A stretch of DNA of 64,000 bases from a virus, in the IMG/VR virus record IMGVR_UViG_3300034389_000010, positions 1-64,000 of that record. One strand, given 5' to 3'. Of the stretch, positions 27,811-35,938 are shown piece by piece (positions within the stretch are counted from its first letter, which is position 1; the number at the start of each line of letters is the position of its first letter). Made by a program: the position numbers and the translations under genes. Below the pieces are notes generated by a model. That model saw only the letters and a program-made list of their open reading frames with translations, was not told where the DNA came from and searched no databases.

Positions 27811-27973
27811 GGCTTGCCTCGCTGGGGATATGCAAGTGACTTGCATATTTGGGTATCAGGTGATACTAATTTGCCGTCGATCGACGTAGGGCAGGCAGCT
27901 TATCCGCTGGCGCTTGCCCTGCTCGGTACGGTTACCGATTAGGTGGGCACAGACCTGCCGCCCAAGAACGCAC

Positions 27974-27989
27974 CCAGGACATCACCATG
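27974..27989 (+). repeat. Start-associated repeat CCAGGACATCACCATG
   Basis: Exact core copy. Confidence 0.8.
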
Positions 27990-28070
27990 ACCCACTCCCG
28001 CTCTGCAGAGGCGCGCCGTGCTGTGCGCTGCTGTTCTTCCAGCCCCTTGGCACGGGGGCGCAGGTCATGA
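27987..28070 (+). CDS. 27-aa peptide MTHSRSAEARRAVRCCSSSPLARGRRS
   Basis: Begins at repeat ATG; ends in ATGA overlap with next ORF. Confidence 0.45.
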   Translation: MTHSRSAEARRAVRCCSSSPLARGRRS

Positions 28071-28243
28071 GCCCGGAGCAGGTCAATCAGCTGATCGAGC
28101 AGGAGCTGGCCCGCTGGCCGCTGTGGTCCCCGGCGGAGCTGAGCCTGGCGCGTGACGCCATGTATGACGCCCTGCTGCCGCTGGTGGCTGGCGCCGATAC
28201 CTTGACCGAGGCGCCCGCCCCGGTCCGCCCTGCGGAGGGCTGA
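28067..28243 (+). CDS. Small hypothetical protein
   Basis: ATGA coupling. Confidence 0.5.
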   Translation: MSPEQVNQLIEQELARWPLWSPAELSLARDAMYDALLPLVAGADTLTEAPAPVRPAEG

Positions 28244-28246
28244 GCC

Positions 28247-28519
28247 ATGCGCATCGTCGTTACCGTTACGTCAGTCGATGCCGCTGGCCACCTGGTGGAC
28301 TCCGGCCTGGACGTTCGCCCGCAGCGGGTCTATCACAACGGCTGCAGCTATGTGGCTGACCTGGGCGAGGCCGAGGTGGCGCGGGTCTGCGCGGCGGGCC
28401 ACTACACCCGGCCGCACTGCTGGACGATGCCGGTGGATCCCGAGCGCAATCCTGCTCATGACTTCGCCAGGATCCCCCACGGGGCGCGCTTCGAGACGCT
28501 GCAGGTCTCCGCCTTCTAA
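28247..28519 (+). CDS. Hypothetical protein
   Basis: GGAGG RBS. Confidence 0.55.
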   Translation: MRIVVTVTSVDAAGHLVDSGLDVRPQRVYHNGCSYVADLGEAEVARVCAAGHYTRPHCWTMPVDPERNPAHDFARIPHGARFETLQVSAF

Positions 28520-28537
28520 GGTCGCTCGGGACCGGAT

Positions 28538-28579
28538 CGGAAAGCCGACCCGAAAGCCACCCTCGCCGGCGCCGATCAT
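28538..28579 (+). promoter_or_regulatory. Late-promoter element CGGAAAG-N29-GATCAT
   Basis: ATG of darA-like gene 6 nt after hexamer. Confidence 0.8.
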
Positions 28580-28585
28580 GGCGGC

Positions 28586-30910
28586 ATGACCGACCTACAC
28601 GCATCCATCCATCAAGCAGCCCACTCGGGCGCCTTTGGCGCTCACCAGGTAGGCCGCCCCTCCGAGGCTCAGTGCCGCGCCGGCAATTACCGCAAGGGCC
28701 GCGTCGTGGTGCAGGGCCTGCGCATCGCCATCGAGGTGCCGCGCAACGAGGAGCGCCGGGGCGTCGATCCCAACGGGACCGCCTGGGCCTGCCGCATGGC
28801 GGCCCACTACGGCTACTTCGAGAAAACCCGTGGCCGCGATGGCGATGAGGTGGATGTCTTCCTGGGTCCGGTCCCTGAGTCACCGCGCGTCTATGTCGTG
28901 AACCAGAACGACGACGCCGGCGCCTTCGACGAACACAAGGTCATGCTCGGCTTCAACGATGCCGAGGCCGCCCGCGCGGCCTACCTGGGCAGCTATTCGC
29001 CGGGCTGGAAGGGCCTGGGCTCGATCGTCGGCGCCACCGTCTCCCAGCTGCGCTGGTGGCTCAAGCATGGCGACACCGCGCGCCCCTTCTCTGCAAACGC
29101 ACTGCCCTACGATGGCGAGGCCGATATGACTCCGACTACCTGGGACGCGAACGCCATGCCGGTGGAAACCGACCTGGCCGCCCTGCTCTACAACATGCGC
29201 CGCAGCGAGGACGCCCCGCTGCTGCTCGATGCCGTCACCGCCGCCGACGTCCTGGAAGGGGTCGAGGAGCTGGCCCAGTTCGACGCCCTGGTGGTGGTCA
29301 ACCAGCGCCTGAACGCCAAGATGGAGCAGATCCAGCGCGTGATGGCCACGGCGAGCGACACCGTCGAGCCGACCGCCCTGCAGATCACCCCGCCCTTCCG
29401 CCAGCGCGGTACCACCCACATCTGCGCCATTTTCGAGCTGAGCGACGGCCAGACCGTCACGATCTGGTTCCACAACCCGGACAGCACTCCGAACAAGATC
29501 CTGCCGACCGATGAGCTGGTCAGCTGGAAGTGGATGCTCAACAAGCTCGACATCACCATCGTGGTGGCGCCCGAGCGCGGCCGCGACCTCAACCCGCGCG
29601 AAGTGGCCCGCCGCATCATGCGCCTGGCCGAGAAGAACAGCGCCCGCTTCCAGAAGGCCAACGCCGGCCGAGCCGAGCGCCTGGCCAAGGTCGAGCAGCT
29701 GCGCGGCGAGGTCGCCGGCAAGGAGGCCCAGCTGCAGGGCCTGGAAGCCGAGATTGAGGCCCTGACCGCCCAGCTCGAAGCCAAGCGAGCCGAGCCCGAG
29801 CCCGTGGCCGACCCTGAGCCTGCTGCTGGTGCAATCCCCGAGTCCGTCCTGCGCATGGTTCGCTACCATGTGGCTGCCCTGCAGCGCCTGGCCAAGCGTT
29901 TCGACGACGTGATCGCCGCGCGCGGCTATGGCCACACGCTGGACCTGGAGCTGGCGGAGTATCAGCCCGAAGTGGACAAGTCCCTGGAAGAGCTGGCCAA
30001 GATTCGTGAGGTTGCCGACCGCAACGGCGCTGACCTGGATAGCGTTATCGCTGAGCTGGGTGGCGTGCCCGACTTCGCCAAGTACCGCGAGGCCCCGGCT
30101 CCAGCCGAAGCGTTCGCTGATCGAGTCCGCCGCCTGATCCCGGATGAGTTCGTGACTACCAGCCAGGGCTCGGACGACATCACCGCTATGGCCGCCGATG
30201 GCTTCGGTATCCGCGTGATGCTCAAAAGCTTTACCAGTGGCCGCGTTAGCGCCGCCGCCTATGTCGTGGACGCCAAGGGGCAGGACAGCATGGGCCATGC
30301 CGCGCCGGACGAAGTGCAGTCGCTGATTGCCGATGCCCTGAACGTGATCGCAGAGAAGCGCGCCGCTGTGGTGTCGGAGCCGGAGCCTGTAGACGAATTT
30401 GCCGAGGTCGATGCGATCCTGACCGGCTTCGGCTTCAAGCGCGTGATGAGCAATGACTGGGCAAGCCGGGCGATCAATCTGGAGAGCGGTGCTGGCGCGG
30501 TTTCCTACAACGTCCGCGCTGGGGGCGAGCCTTTGCAGTACATCCTGCGCAAGAAGGTCACATTCCCTGGTATCACCGGCGCTGGCCAGCTCGTGGGCAC
30601 CTACAGCACGATCGAAGGCCTGACCGAGGCGCTTCGCTCTGTGTCGCTCACCAATGGCGAGCCTGAGACCGCGCCCGAACCGACCCCCGAGCCCGAGACC
30701 AACCCGGCCCAGGACGCCGCCCGCGCCCTGCTGCAGGCCGTCATTGACGGCAGCGAGGATCTGTTCGCCAGCGACCTGGCTGCGCGCCTGGAGGAGGTCT
30801 ATAACGCCTTCACCGAGGACGCCGAGATCATGGCCTTGTTCGAGGAGGCCGCCGGGGTCTACTCGGCCGCCGTGGTCGCCAAAGCCAAGGAGGCGCTGGC
30901 CGCCGCTTAA
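28586..30910 (+). CDS. darA: DarA-like head protein with N-terminal inorganic pyrophosphatase-like domain
   Basis: AGNY.KG..IAIE.P..HYGY..T.G.DGDEVDVF..FDEHKVMLGF; LSDGQTVTI.FH.PD...LNK.DIT..VAPE.G DarA motif. Confidence 0.8.
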   Translation: MTDLHASIHQAAHSGAFGAHQVGRPSEAQCRAGNYRKGRVVVQGLRIAIEVPRNEERRGVDPNGTAWACRMAAHYGYFEKTRGRDGDEVDVFLGPVPESPRVYVVNQNDDAGAFDEHKVMLGFNDAEAARAAYLGSYSPGWKGLGSIVGATVSQLRWWLKHGDTARPFSANALPYDGEADMTPTTWDANAMPVETDLAALLYNMRRSEDAPLLLDAVTAADVLEGVEELAQFDALVVVNQRLNAKMEQIQRVMATASDTVEPTALQITPPFRQRGTTHICAIFELSDGQTVTIWFHNPDSTPNKILPTDELVSWKWMLNKLDITIVVAPERGRDLNPREVARRIMRLAEKNSARFQKANAGRAERLAKVEQLRGEVAGKEAQLQGLEAEIEALTAQLEAKRAEPEPVADPEPAAGAIPESVLRMVRYHVAALQRLAKRFDDVIAARGYGHTLDLELAEYQPEVDKSLEELAKIREVADRNGADLDSVIAELGGVPDFAKYREAPAPAEAFADRVRRLIPDEFVTTSQGSDDITAMAADGFGIRVMLKSFTSGRVSAAAYVVDAKGQDSMGHAAPDEVQSLIADALNVIAEKRAAVVSEPEPVDEFAEVDAILTGFGFKRVMSNDWASRAINLESGAGAVSYNVRAGGEPLQYILRKKVTFPGITGAGQLVGTYSTIEGLTEALRSVSLTNGEPETAPEPTPEPETNPAQDAARALLQAVIDGSEDLFASDLAARLEEVYNAFTEDAEIMALFEEAAGVYSAAVVAKAKEALAAA

Positions 30911-30992
30911 CCCTACCAAACAAGGCGTTACGGCTCACAGGTGACATTTTACGACACTATAAAGCAAGTCACTTGCCTGTTATGCTTTCCTT

Positions 30993-31119
30993 CTCCCGAC
31001 CGCTATTTCGTCAGTTTTGGCGCGATATGTCGGGTAATCACCAGGATCCGTGGATCCTGATGGTGAATGGGGCATGGAAGCCCACCCATTCAGACCCGCC
31101 GCTTTGGCGGGTTTTTTTT
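30993..31119 (+). ncRNA. Candidate ~125-nt structured sRNA
   Basis: Extended -10 TGnTATGCT (30978-30986), three hairpins, intrinsic terminator. Confidence 0.6.
31094..31119 (+). terminator. Rho-independent terminator ACCCGCC-GCTTT-GGCGGGT-T7
   Basis: GC stem plus U tract. Confidence 0.9.
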
Positions 31120-31125
31120 GCCCGC

Positions 31126-31167
31126 CGGAAAGCCCGGCGAAGCGCCCCCTCTGGCGCACGCGATCAT
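31126..31167 (+). promoter_or_regulatory. Late-promoter element CGGAAAG-N29-GATCAT
   Basis: Immediately after terminator, upstream of ddrB-like operon. Confidence 0.8.
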
Positions 31168-31195
31168 GGCGTATCTGATTCTGCGAGCGCCACGC

Positions 31196-33760
31196 ATGCC
31201 GACCCCCAACACCCTCACGCCCCTCGCGCGCATCCGTCTGACGGGCGAACTGGGCGAGAAAACCCAGGCGCTGGAAGGCGCCCCCTCCCCCCTTACCCGC
31301 GTGCAGCTGTCCGGCAGCATCATCGAGCTGCTGGCCCTGCTGGGCGCCCCCGTGGCCATCGAGCCCGAGCCCGAGCCCGACACCGAGGACGACGGTCTAT
31401 CCGACGATCCGAACAGCCCGAATTACCGCTTCCGCGACACCGGCTACATCGCCGACAGCCGCAAGGAGCTGGCGCAGAACCTGATCCGGACCGCGCGCCA
31501 GAACGGCGACCAGGTGCTGGCCACCGACCTCGACTGGGAGGCGATCGAGAGCAACCCGCGCGCAGCCGCCGAGATCATCACCAAGTCGAACCTATTCGGC
31601 CAGGTGGACTGGCAGGCCCTCCGAGAGGGCGGGATGGAAGCCGGCGCCGGCTTCCTCATCGATCGCGTCTATGCGTCCATCGCGCCCCAACCGGGCGCCG
31701 ATACGCCCCGCGCGCGCAAGGACTACGCCACCGCCTTGCAGACCGTTCGCCAGCGCCTGGAGTCCTGCAAGACGGCCCAGCAGGTCACCGAGGTGATTCG
31801 CGAGATCCGTGACGAGCTGACCGGTACCCAGCTCAACGCCGAGGAGACTGCGCGCTATGAGCTGGTCACCAAGGACATCGAGGCCTTGGAGACCCGCTGG
31901 CGGGCTCTGCACGACCAGCGCAGCGCCCTGGTCGATGCCGTGACCACGATCCGCAGTGAACTGTGGGGGTTCCAGCGCCAGCAGGACGTCCGCACGCGGC
32001 GCAACTGGAAGCCGGACCCGGCCATACAGGCGGAGATCGATCGCCTGCAGCCGGGCGTCGATGAGGCGATGGCCAAGGTCACCGCCTGGGAGGCGGCCCA
32101 TCCCGAGTACAAGGACACGATGACCACCGTCCATCACCCTGATGGCGGGGTCTCGATGGAGCGCACCGGCGGCATCCGCGCGGAGATCGACGGGCTGCGC
32201 AAGCGGCGGCGCGCGATCGAGGACGCGGCGCGCATCCGCAACATCAGCGAGAGCAGCCTGACCCGTGGCTGGCTGACCTTCGGCGATCGCTTCACCGCCG
32301 TGCTCAACTACCGGCGCTCGAAGGGCTCGGACGCCTTCGACTCGCACGTCACCAACGCCAAGAACGGCAAAATCGACTGGTCGTGGGCTGAAAAAGAGCG
32401 CGTGACCGTCAAGCGCGCCAGTAAGAAAGAGATCGGGTTCCAGCTCAAGGTCGCCGAGCGTCACCAGCGCATCGGCGGCCGCCAGGTGTCCGTCGATTCG
32501 ACGTTCGCGCTCAAGGAGCTGCTGGGCCTGCGCGAGGTGCAGTCCGGTAACTGGGTGCTCAAGGACCCCAACAGCGCCCGCTTCCACGTCGAGCAGACCG
32601 CCATGGCCATGAGCGACCTGTCGGACGTGCTCGGCATTGACATCAAGGCCTTGAGCCTGGGTGGCCGGCTGGCCATGGCCTTCGGCGCCCGTGGTGCGGG
32701 CAATACCGGCTGGGGCGGCGCGGCCGCTGCGCATTACGAGTCGGTCCACCGGGTGATTAACCTGACCAAGATGGGCGGCGGCGGCTGCCTGGCCCATGAG
32801 TGGTTCCACGCCATCGACGACATGCTGGCCGAGCTGGTGAAGGGCGAGGCAGGCCCGGCGCGCAACTTCGCCAGCCTCAATGCCGACGTCCTGCCAGCGG
32901 GCGCCCTGCGCGCGGCCATGACCGAGATCCACGCGGCGATCAATCACGGCGAGCACCGTCTGGTCGAGGCCATCAAGGTCACCGACAAGGATCGCAAGTA
33001 CGCCAAGCACAACATCGACACCGGCATGCCCAATGCGCTGGCGCGCGGCATCAAGCAGGCCGGCGAGCTGAGCGCGGCCGTGCTCTTCGTGAATCGCTAC
33101 TTTGCCGGCCGCGTGGACAAGCGCAGCCAGAAGAATCAAAAGGCCTGGCGCACCCTGGCCGCCGCCTACTACGCGCCGGCGGGCGAGGATGTCGTCCTGG
33201 CCGCCACCGGTCCCGCTGTGTCGAGCTTCTTTTTCGAGGCGGTACGCCTGGACGATGGCCAGCCCGGCAAATACTGGTCCAAGGGCCACGAAATGGCCGC
33301 CCGCGCCTTCCAGTCGTACCTGGAGGACCGCCTGGGCGAGCGTGGCCAGCAGAACGACTACCTGTCGGTCTATGCCGACAACAAGTACCACTTCGACCCC
33401 TTGCTAGGCATCCAGTGGAACCCCTATCCCGAGGGCGAGGAGCGCACCCGCCTCAACGCGGCTTTCGATCGCTTCTTTGCCGCGCTGCGTGATGACCAGG
33501 TGCTGGAGCGCGCGAGCGAAAACACCCCGCTGCTCGACTCGATCTTTGGCGCCGGCCTGCCCAGCGCGCCCGAGGATCCCGAGCAGGAGCTGGCCAGGCT
33601 CCTGGGCCTGATGCGTGAGTACGCCCCCCAGGGCGGCCGCATCCAGCAGGCGCAGCGCGTCATGGAGCTGATCAGCCAGGTCGCGTTCGACGACCCGGAG
33701 ACCGAGGACGAGATTGTGGCCATGGCATCCGAGATCCTGGCGGAGGTGGACCATGCTTAA
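31196..33760 (+). CDS. ddrB: DdrB-like polyvalent head-cargo protein (HEWFH zincin-like and LPD1-like regions)
   Basis: SDDPNSPNYRFRDTGYIADSRKE, LAHEWFHAID, YWS...EMAARAF..Y, PYP.GEER. Confidence 0.75.
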   Translation: MPTPNTLTPLARIRLTGELGEKTQALEGAPSPLTRVQLSGSIIELLALLGAPVAIEPEPEPDTEDDGLSDDPNSPNYRFRDTGYIADSRKELAQNLIRTARQNGDQVLATDLDWEAIESNPRAAAEIITKSNLFGQVDWQALREGGMEAGAGFLIDRVYASIAPQPGADTPRARKDYATALQTVRQRLESCKTAQQVTEVIREIRDELTGTQLNAEETARYELVTKDIEALETRWRALHDQRSALVDAVTTIRSELWGFQRQQDVRTRRNWKPDPAIQAEIDRLQPGVDEAMAKVTAWEAAHPEYKDTMTTVHHPDGGVSMERTGGIRAEIDGLRKRRRAIEDAARIRNISESSLTRGWLTFGDRFTAVLNYRRSKGSDAFDSHVTNAKNGKIDWSWAEKERVTVKRASKKEIGFQLKVAERHQRIGGRQVSVDSTFALKELLGLREVQSGNWVLKDPNSARFHVEQTAMAMSDLSDVLGIDIKALSLGGRLAMAFGARGAGNTGWGGAAAAHYESVHRVINLTKMGGGGCLAHEWFHAIDDMLAELVKGEAGPARNFASLNADVLPAGALRAAMTEIHAAINHGEHRLVEAIKVTDKDRKYAKHNIDTGMPNALARGIKQAGELSAAVLFVNRYFAGRVDKRSQKNQKAWRTLAAAYYAPAGEDVVLAATGPAVSSFFFEAVRLDDGQPGKYWSKGHEMAARAFQSYLEDRLGERGQQNDYLSVYADNKYHFDPLLGIQWNPYPEGEERTRLNAAFDRFFAALRDDQVLERASENTPLLDSIFGAGLPSAPEDPEQELARLLGLMREYAPQGGRIQQAQRVMELISQVAFDDPETEDEIVAMASEILAEVDHA

Positions 33761-35615
33761 CGGTCTGGCACGCATCAAGCTGAGCGGCGAGCTGTCCGAG
33801 CACGTCGCCACCCTGGAAGCGGGTGCGGCGCCCCTGGAGCGCGTGCGGCTGTCGCAGCGCATCCTGGAGCTGCTGGCCCAGCTGGGCGAGGGGCTGCGCC
33901 GCGCGGTGCGCCGCCTGGCCTACTCCCGGACCGACAAGGAGCGCACCAGCCAAGAGCTGGTCAGCTACCTCGCCACCGACCTGGACGCCCTGCCGCCGGC
34001 GCTGGTGCCCTTCGAGCGCAGCACCGTGGCGGATCTGGCCGCGAGCGCGCAGCTCAAGGACCTCGGCGAGCAGGCGCGAGCAGCAGCGCGCCAGGCGCTG
34101 GAGTCTACCGGGCGCGACCAGGCCTATCTGGACGTGCTCGCCGAGCTGAGCCGGGGCGGCGTCACGCCCAGCTTCGAGGCGCAGGCCGTGCTGGACAAGC
34201 ACGAGGAGGCCCTGCAGATCCAGCGCGAGAGCTACGCCAGTAGCCCGGCCTATCAGGCCCTGGTGGCCGAGTGGAGCGCCTACCACAAACAGACCAATGC
34301 GCTGATGATCGAACTGGACCAGCAGGCCAGCGCCCTGCCAAAGGGTGACCCCCAGCGCGAAGCCCTGCTTGAGCGGGTCAATCTGCTGGCGGACGAGTAC
34401 AAGGCGCGGCGCGATGAGGTGAACGCCCGCAACGATGAAATGAACCAGGCCTTCAACCGCGACCGGGCCACCCGTGTGCGCGAGCTGACCGAGACCGAGG
34501 GGCGCAGCGTGCTCGCGGCGATCATGGCCGCATCCCCTGTGACCGAGGAGCAGGCGCAGGCCTGGGCGCAGTCCCAGGAGATCGATGCCAAGGCCCTGGC
34601 CAAGCTCACCAAGGGCGGCTATCCCGAGGCCGACCTGCGCCGGGACCTCGCTGAGTTCTACCGCCTCACCGGCGGCAAGGCATCGGTCGTGCGCCTGACC
34701 ATGGACGGCGGCAAGCGCGCCAACGCCGTGGGCGTCGATACCAAGACCGACGAAAAGCTGATCAACATCGGCGGCGGCTTCTCCAAGGCGATCCTGTTCC
34801 ATGAGCTGGCGCACCACCTGGAGAACGACCCGATCGCTCGCGCCGGCGCCAATGGCTACCTGGTCGCCCGCCGGGAGAGCAGCGACACCCACAAGCTGCG
34901 CGACCTGACCGGCCACAAGGGCTATGACCCGCACGAGATCGCCTACAAAGACAGCTTCCTCAACCCCTACATGGGCAAGGTCTACGAGGGCGGCATCACC
35001 GAGGTGTTTTCGATGGGCGTGGAATACCTGGCCAGCCCGCAGTCGGCGGCGCTCATGGCCGCGCGCGACCCGCAGCTGTTCGCCCTCATCACCGGGTACC
35101 TGACCCGCGAGCTGACCCCGGCCATGCAGGCCAAGCTCGATCTGCACAATGCGGCGATCGACGATATGGCCAGCGAGGAGGAGCGGCTGCAGGAGCAGTT
35201 CCTGCAGGCCCTGCGCGAATTGGTCGATCGCACGCCCCTTACCCCAGATAGCTGGTTCGACGACCTGGACGACTGGCGCCGGCGGCTGCTGATGGACACC
35301 TGTTTCCGCGCCGGCGACCCCCAGTACCTGGGTGCCTTCGGAAACTACCGGGTCTTTGCCGGGGTGTTTAAGAACAAAAATACCGGGCGCAACGCCAAGG
35401 GCCACCTGGTGGTGCAGTGGGGTGAGGAGTACGCGCCCGAGTACGCCACGATCCACGGCGGGCTCGATCTGGCCAAGGCCTTCATCGCCCTGCACCAGAC
35501 GCAAGGCCTGAGCTTTTCCAGCCTCTGGTACGCCTACTTTTTCGAGAAGGCAGGGCGGTCCCCGCGTCGCGCCATCATCAGCACCGCCCAGGCCATCCAG
35601 GAGGCCCGCACTTGA
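33753..35615 (+). CDS. Head-cargo protein with HEXXH metallopeptidase-like domain
   Basis: LFHELAHHLE ... TEVFSMGVE; shared N-terminal tag. Confidence 0.7.
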   Translation: MLNGLARIKLSGELSEHVATLEAGAAPLERVRLSQRILELLAQLGEGLRRAVRRLAYSRTDKERTSQELVSYLATDLDALPPALVPFERSTVADLAASAQLKDLGEQARAAARQALESTGRDQAYLDVLAELSRGGVTPSFEAQAVLDKHEEALQIQRESYASSPAYQALVAEWSAYHKQTNALMIELDQQASALPKGDPQREALLERVNLLADEYKARRDEVNARNDEMNQAFNRDRATRVRELTETEGRSVLAAIMAASPVTEEQAQAWAQSQEIDAKALAKLTKGGYPEADLRRDLAEFYRLTGGKASVVRLTMDGGKRANAVGVDTKTDEKLINIGGGFSKAILFHELAHHLENDPIARAGANGYLVARRESSDTHKLRDLTGHKGYDPHEIAYKDSFLNPYMGKVYEGGITEVFSMGVEYLASPQSAALMAARDPQLFALITGYLTRELTPAMQAKLDLHNAAIDDMASEEERLQEQFLQALRELVDRTPLTPDSWFDDLDDWRRRLLMDTCFRAGDPQYLGAFGNYRVFAGVFKNKNTGRNAKGHLVVQWGEEYAPEYATIHGGLDLAKAFIALHQTQGLSFSSLWYAYFFEKAGRSPRRAIISTAQAIQEART

Positions 35616-35938
35616 TCGCAACCCAATACACCGTGCTGACCCCTTGCGGCAGCTTCCTGGCCCAGTGGGACGCCGATGCGGAGGTGCCGGTGCAGTACGC
35701 AGGCAACCCGGACGGCATCGAATTTTTCCGCCTGAATCTGAGCCTCAATCTCGTCTCCGGGCGCGACGGCCGCCTGCTCAACGCCGACAGCCTTGAGCCC
35801 GACGATCTGTATGGCTTCTGCCAGGACGAGGCGAGCGGCATCGTCGTCATGCCCGGCGCCCAGGATCTGCTCGACATTGCTCAGGCCGAGGCCGAGCGCG
35901 CTCACGAGCACCGCGAGGAGGTGCTGGGCGATGAGTAA
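35612..35938 (+). CDS. Small acidic protein in cargo operon
   Basis: TTG start with GGAGG RBS, overlaps both neighbours. Confidence 0.55.
   Translation: MIATQYTVLTPCGSFLAQWDADAEVPVQYAGNPDGIEFFRLNLSLNLVSGRDGRLLNADSLEPDDLYGFCQDEASGIVVMPGAQDLLDIAQAEAERAHEHREEVLGDE

Noticed and set aside
27863-27906. Minus-strand CGGATAAG with TAGTAT as a late-promoter variant
   Set aside because: Motif mismatch and 38-nt offset
30973-31195. Upstream extensions of the ddrB-like ORF
   Set aside because: They run through the sRNA, terminator and promoter; ATG 31196 aligns the shared N-terminal tag
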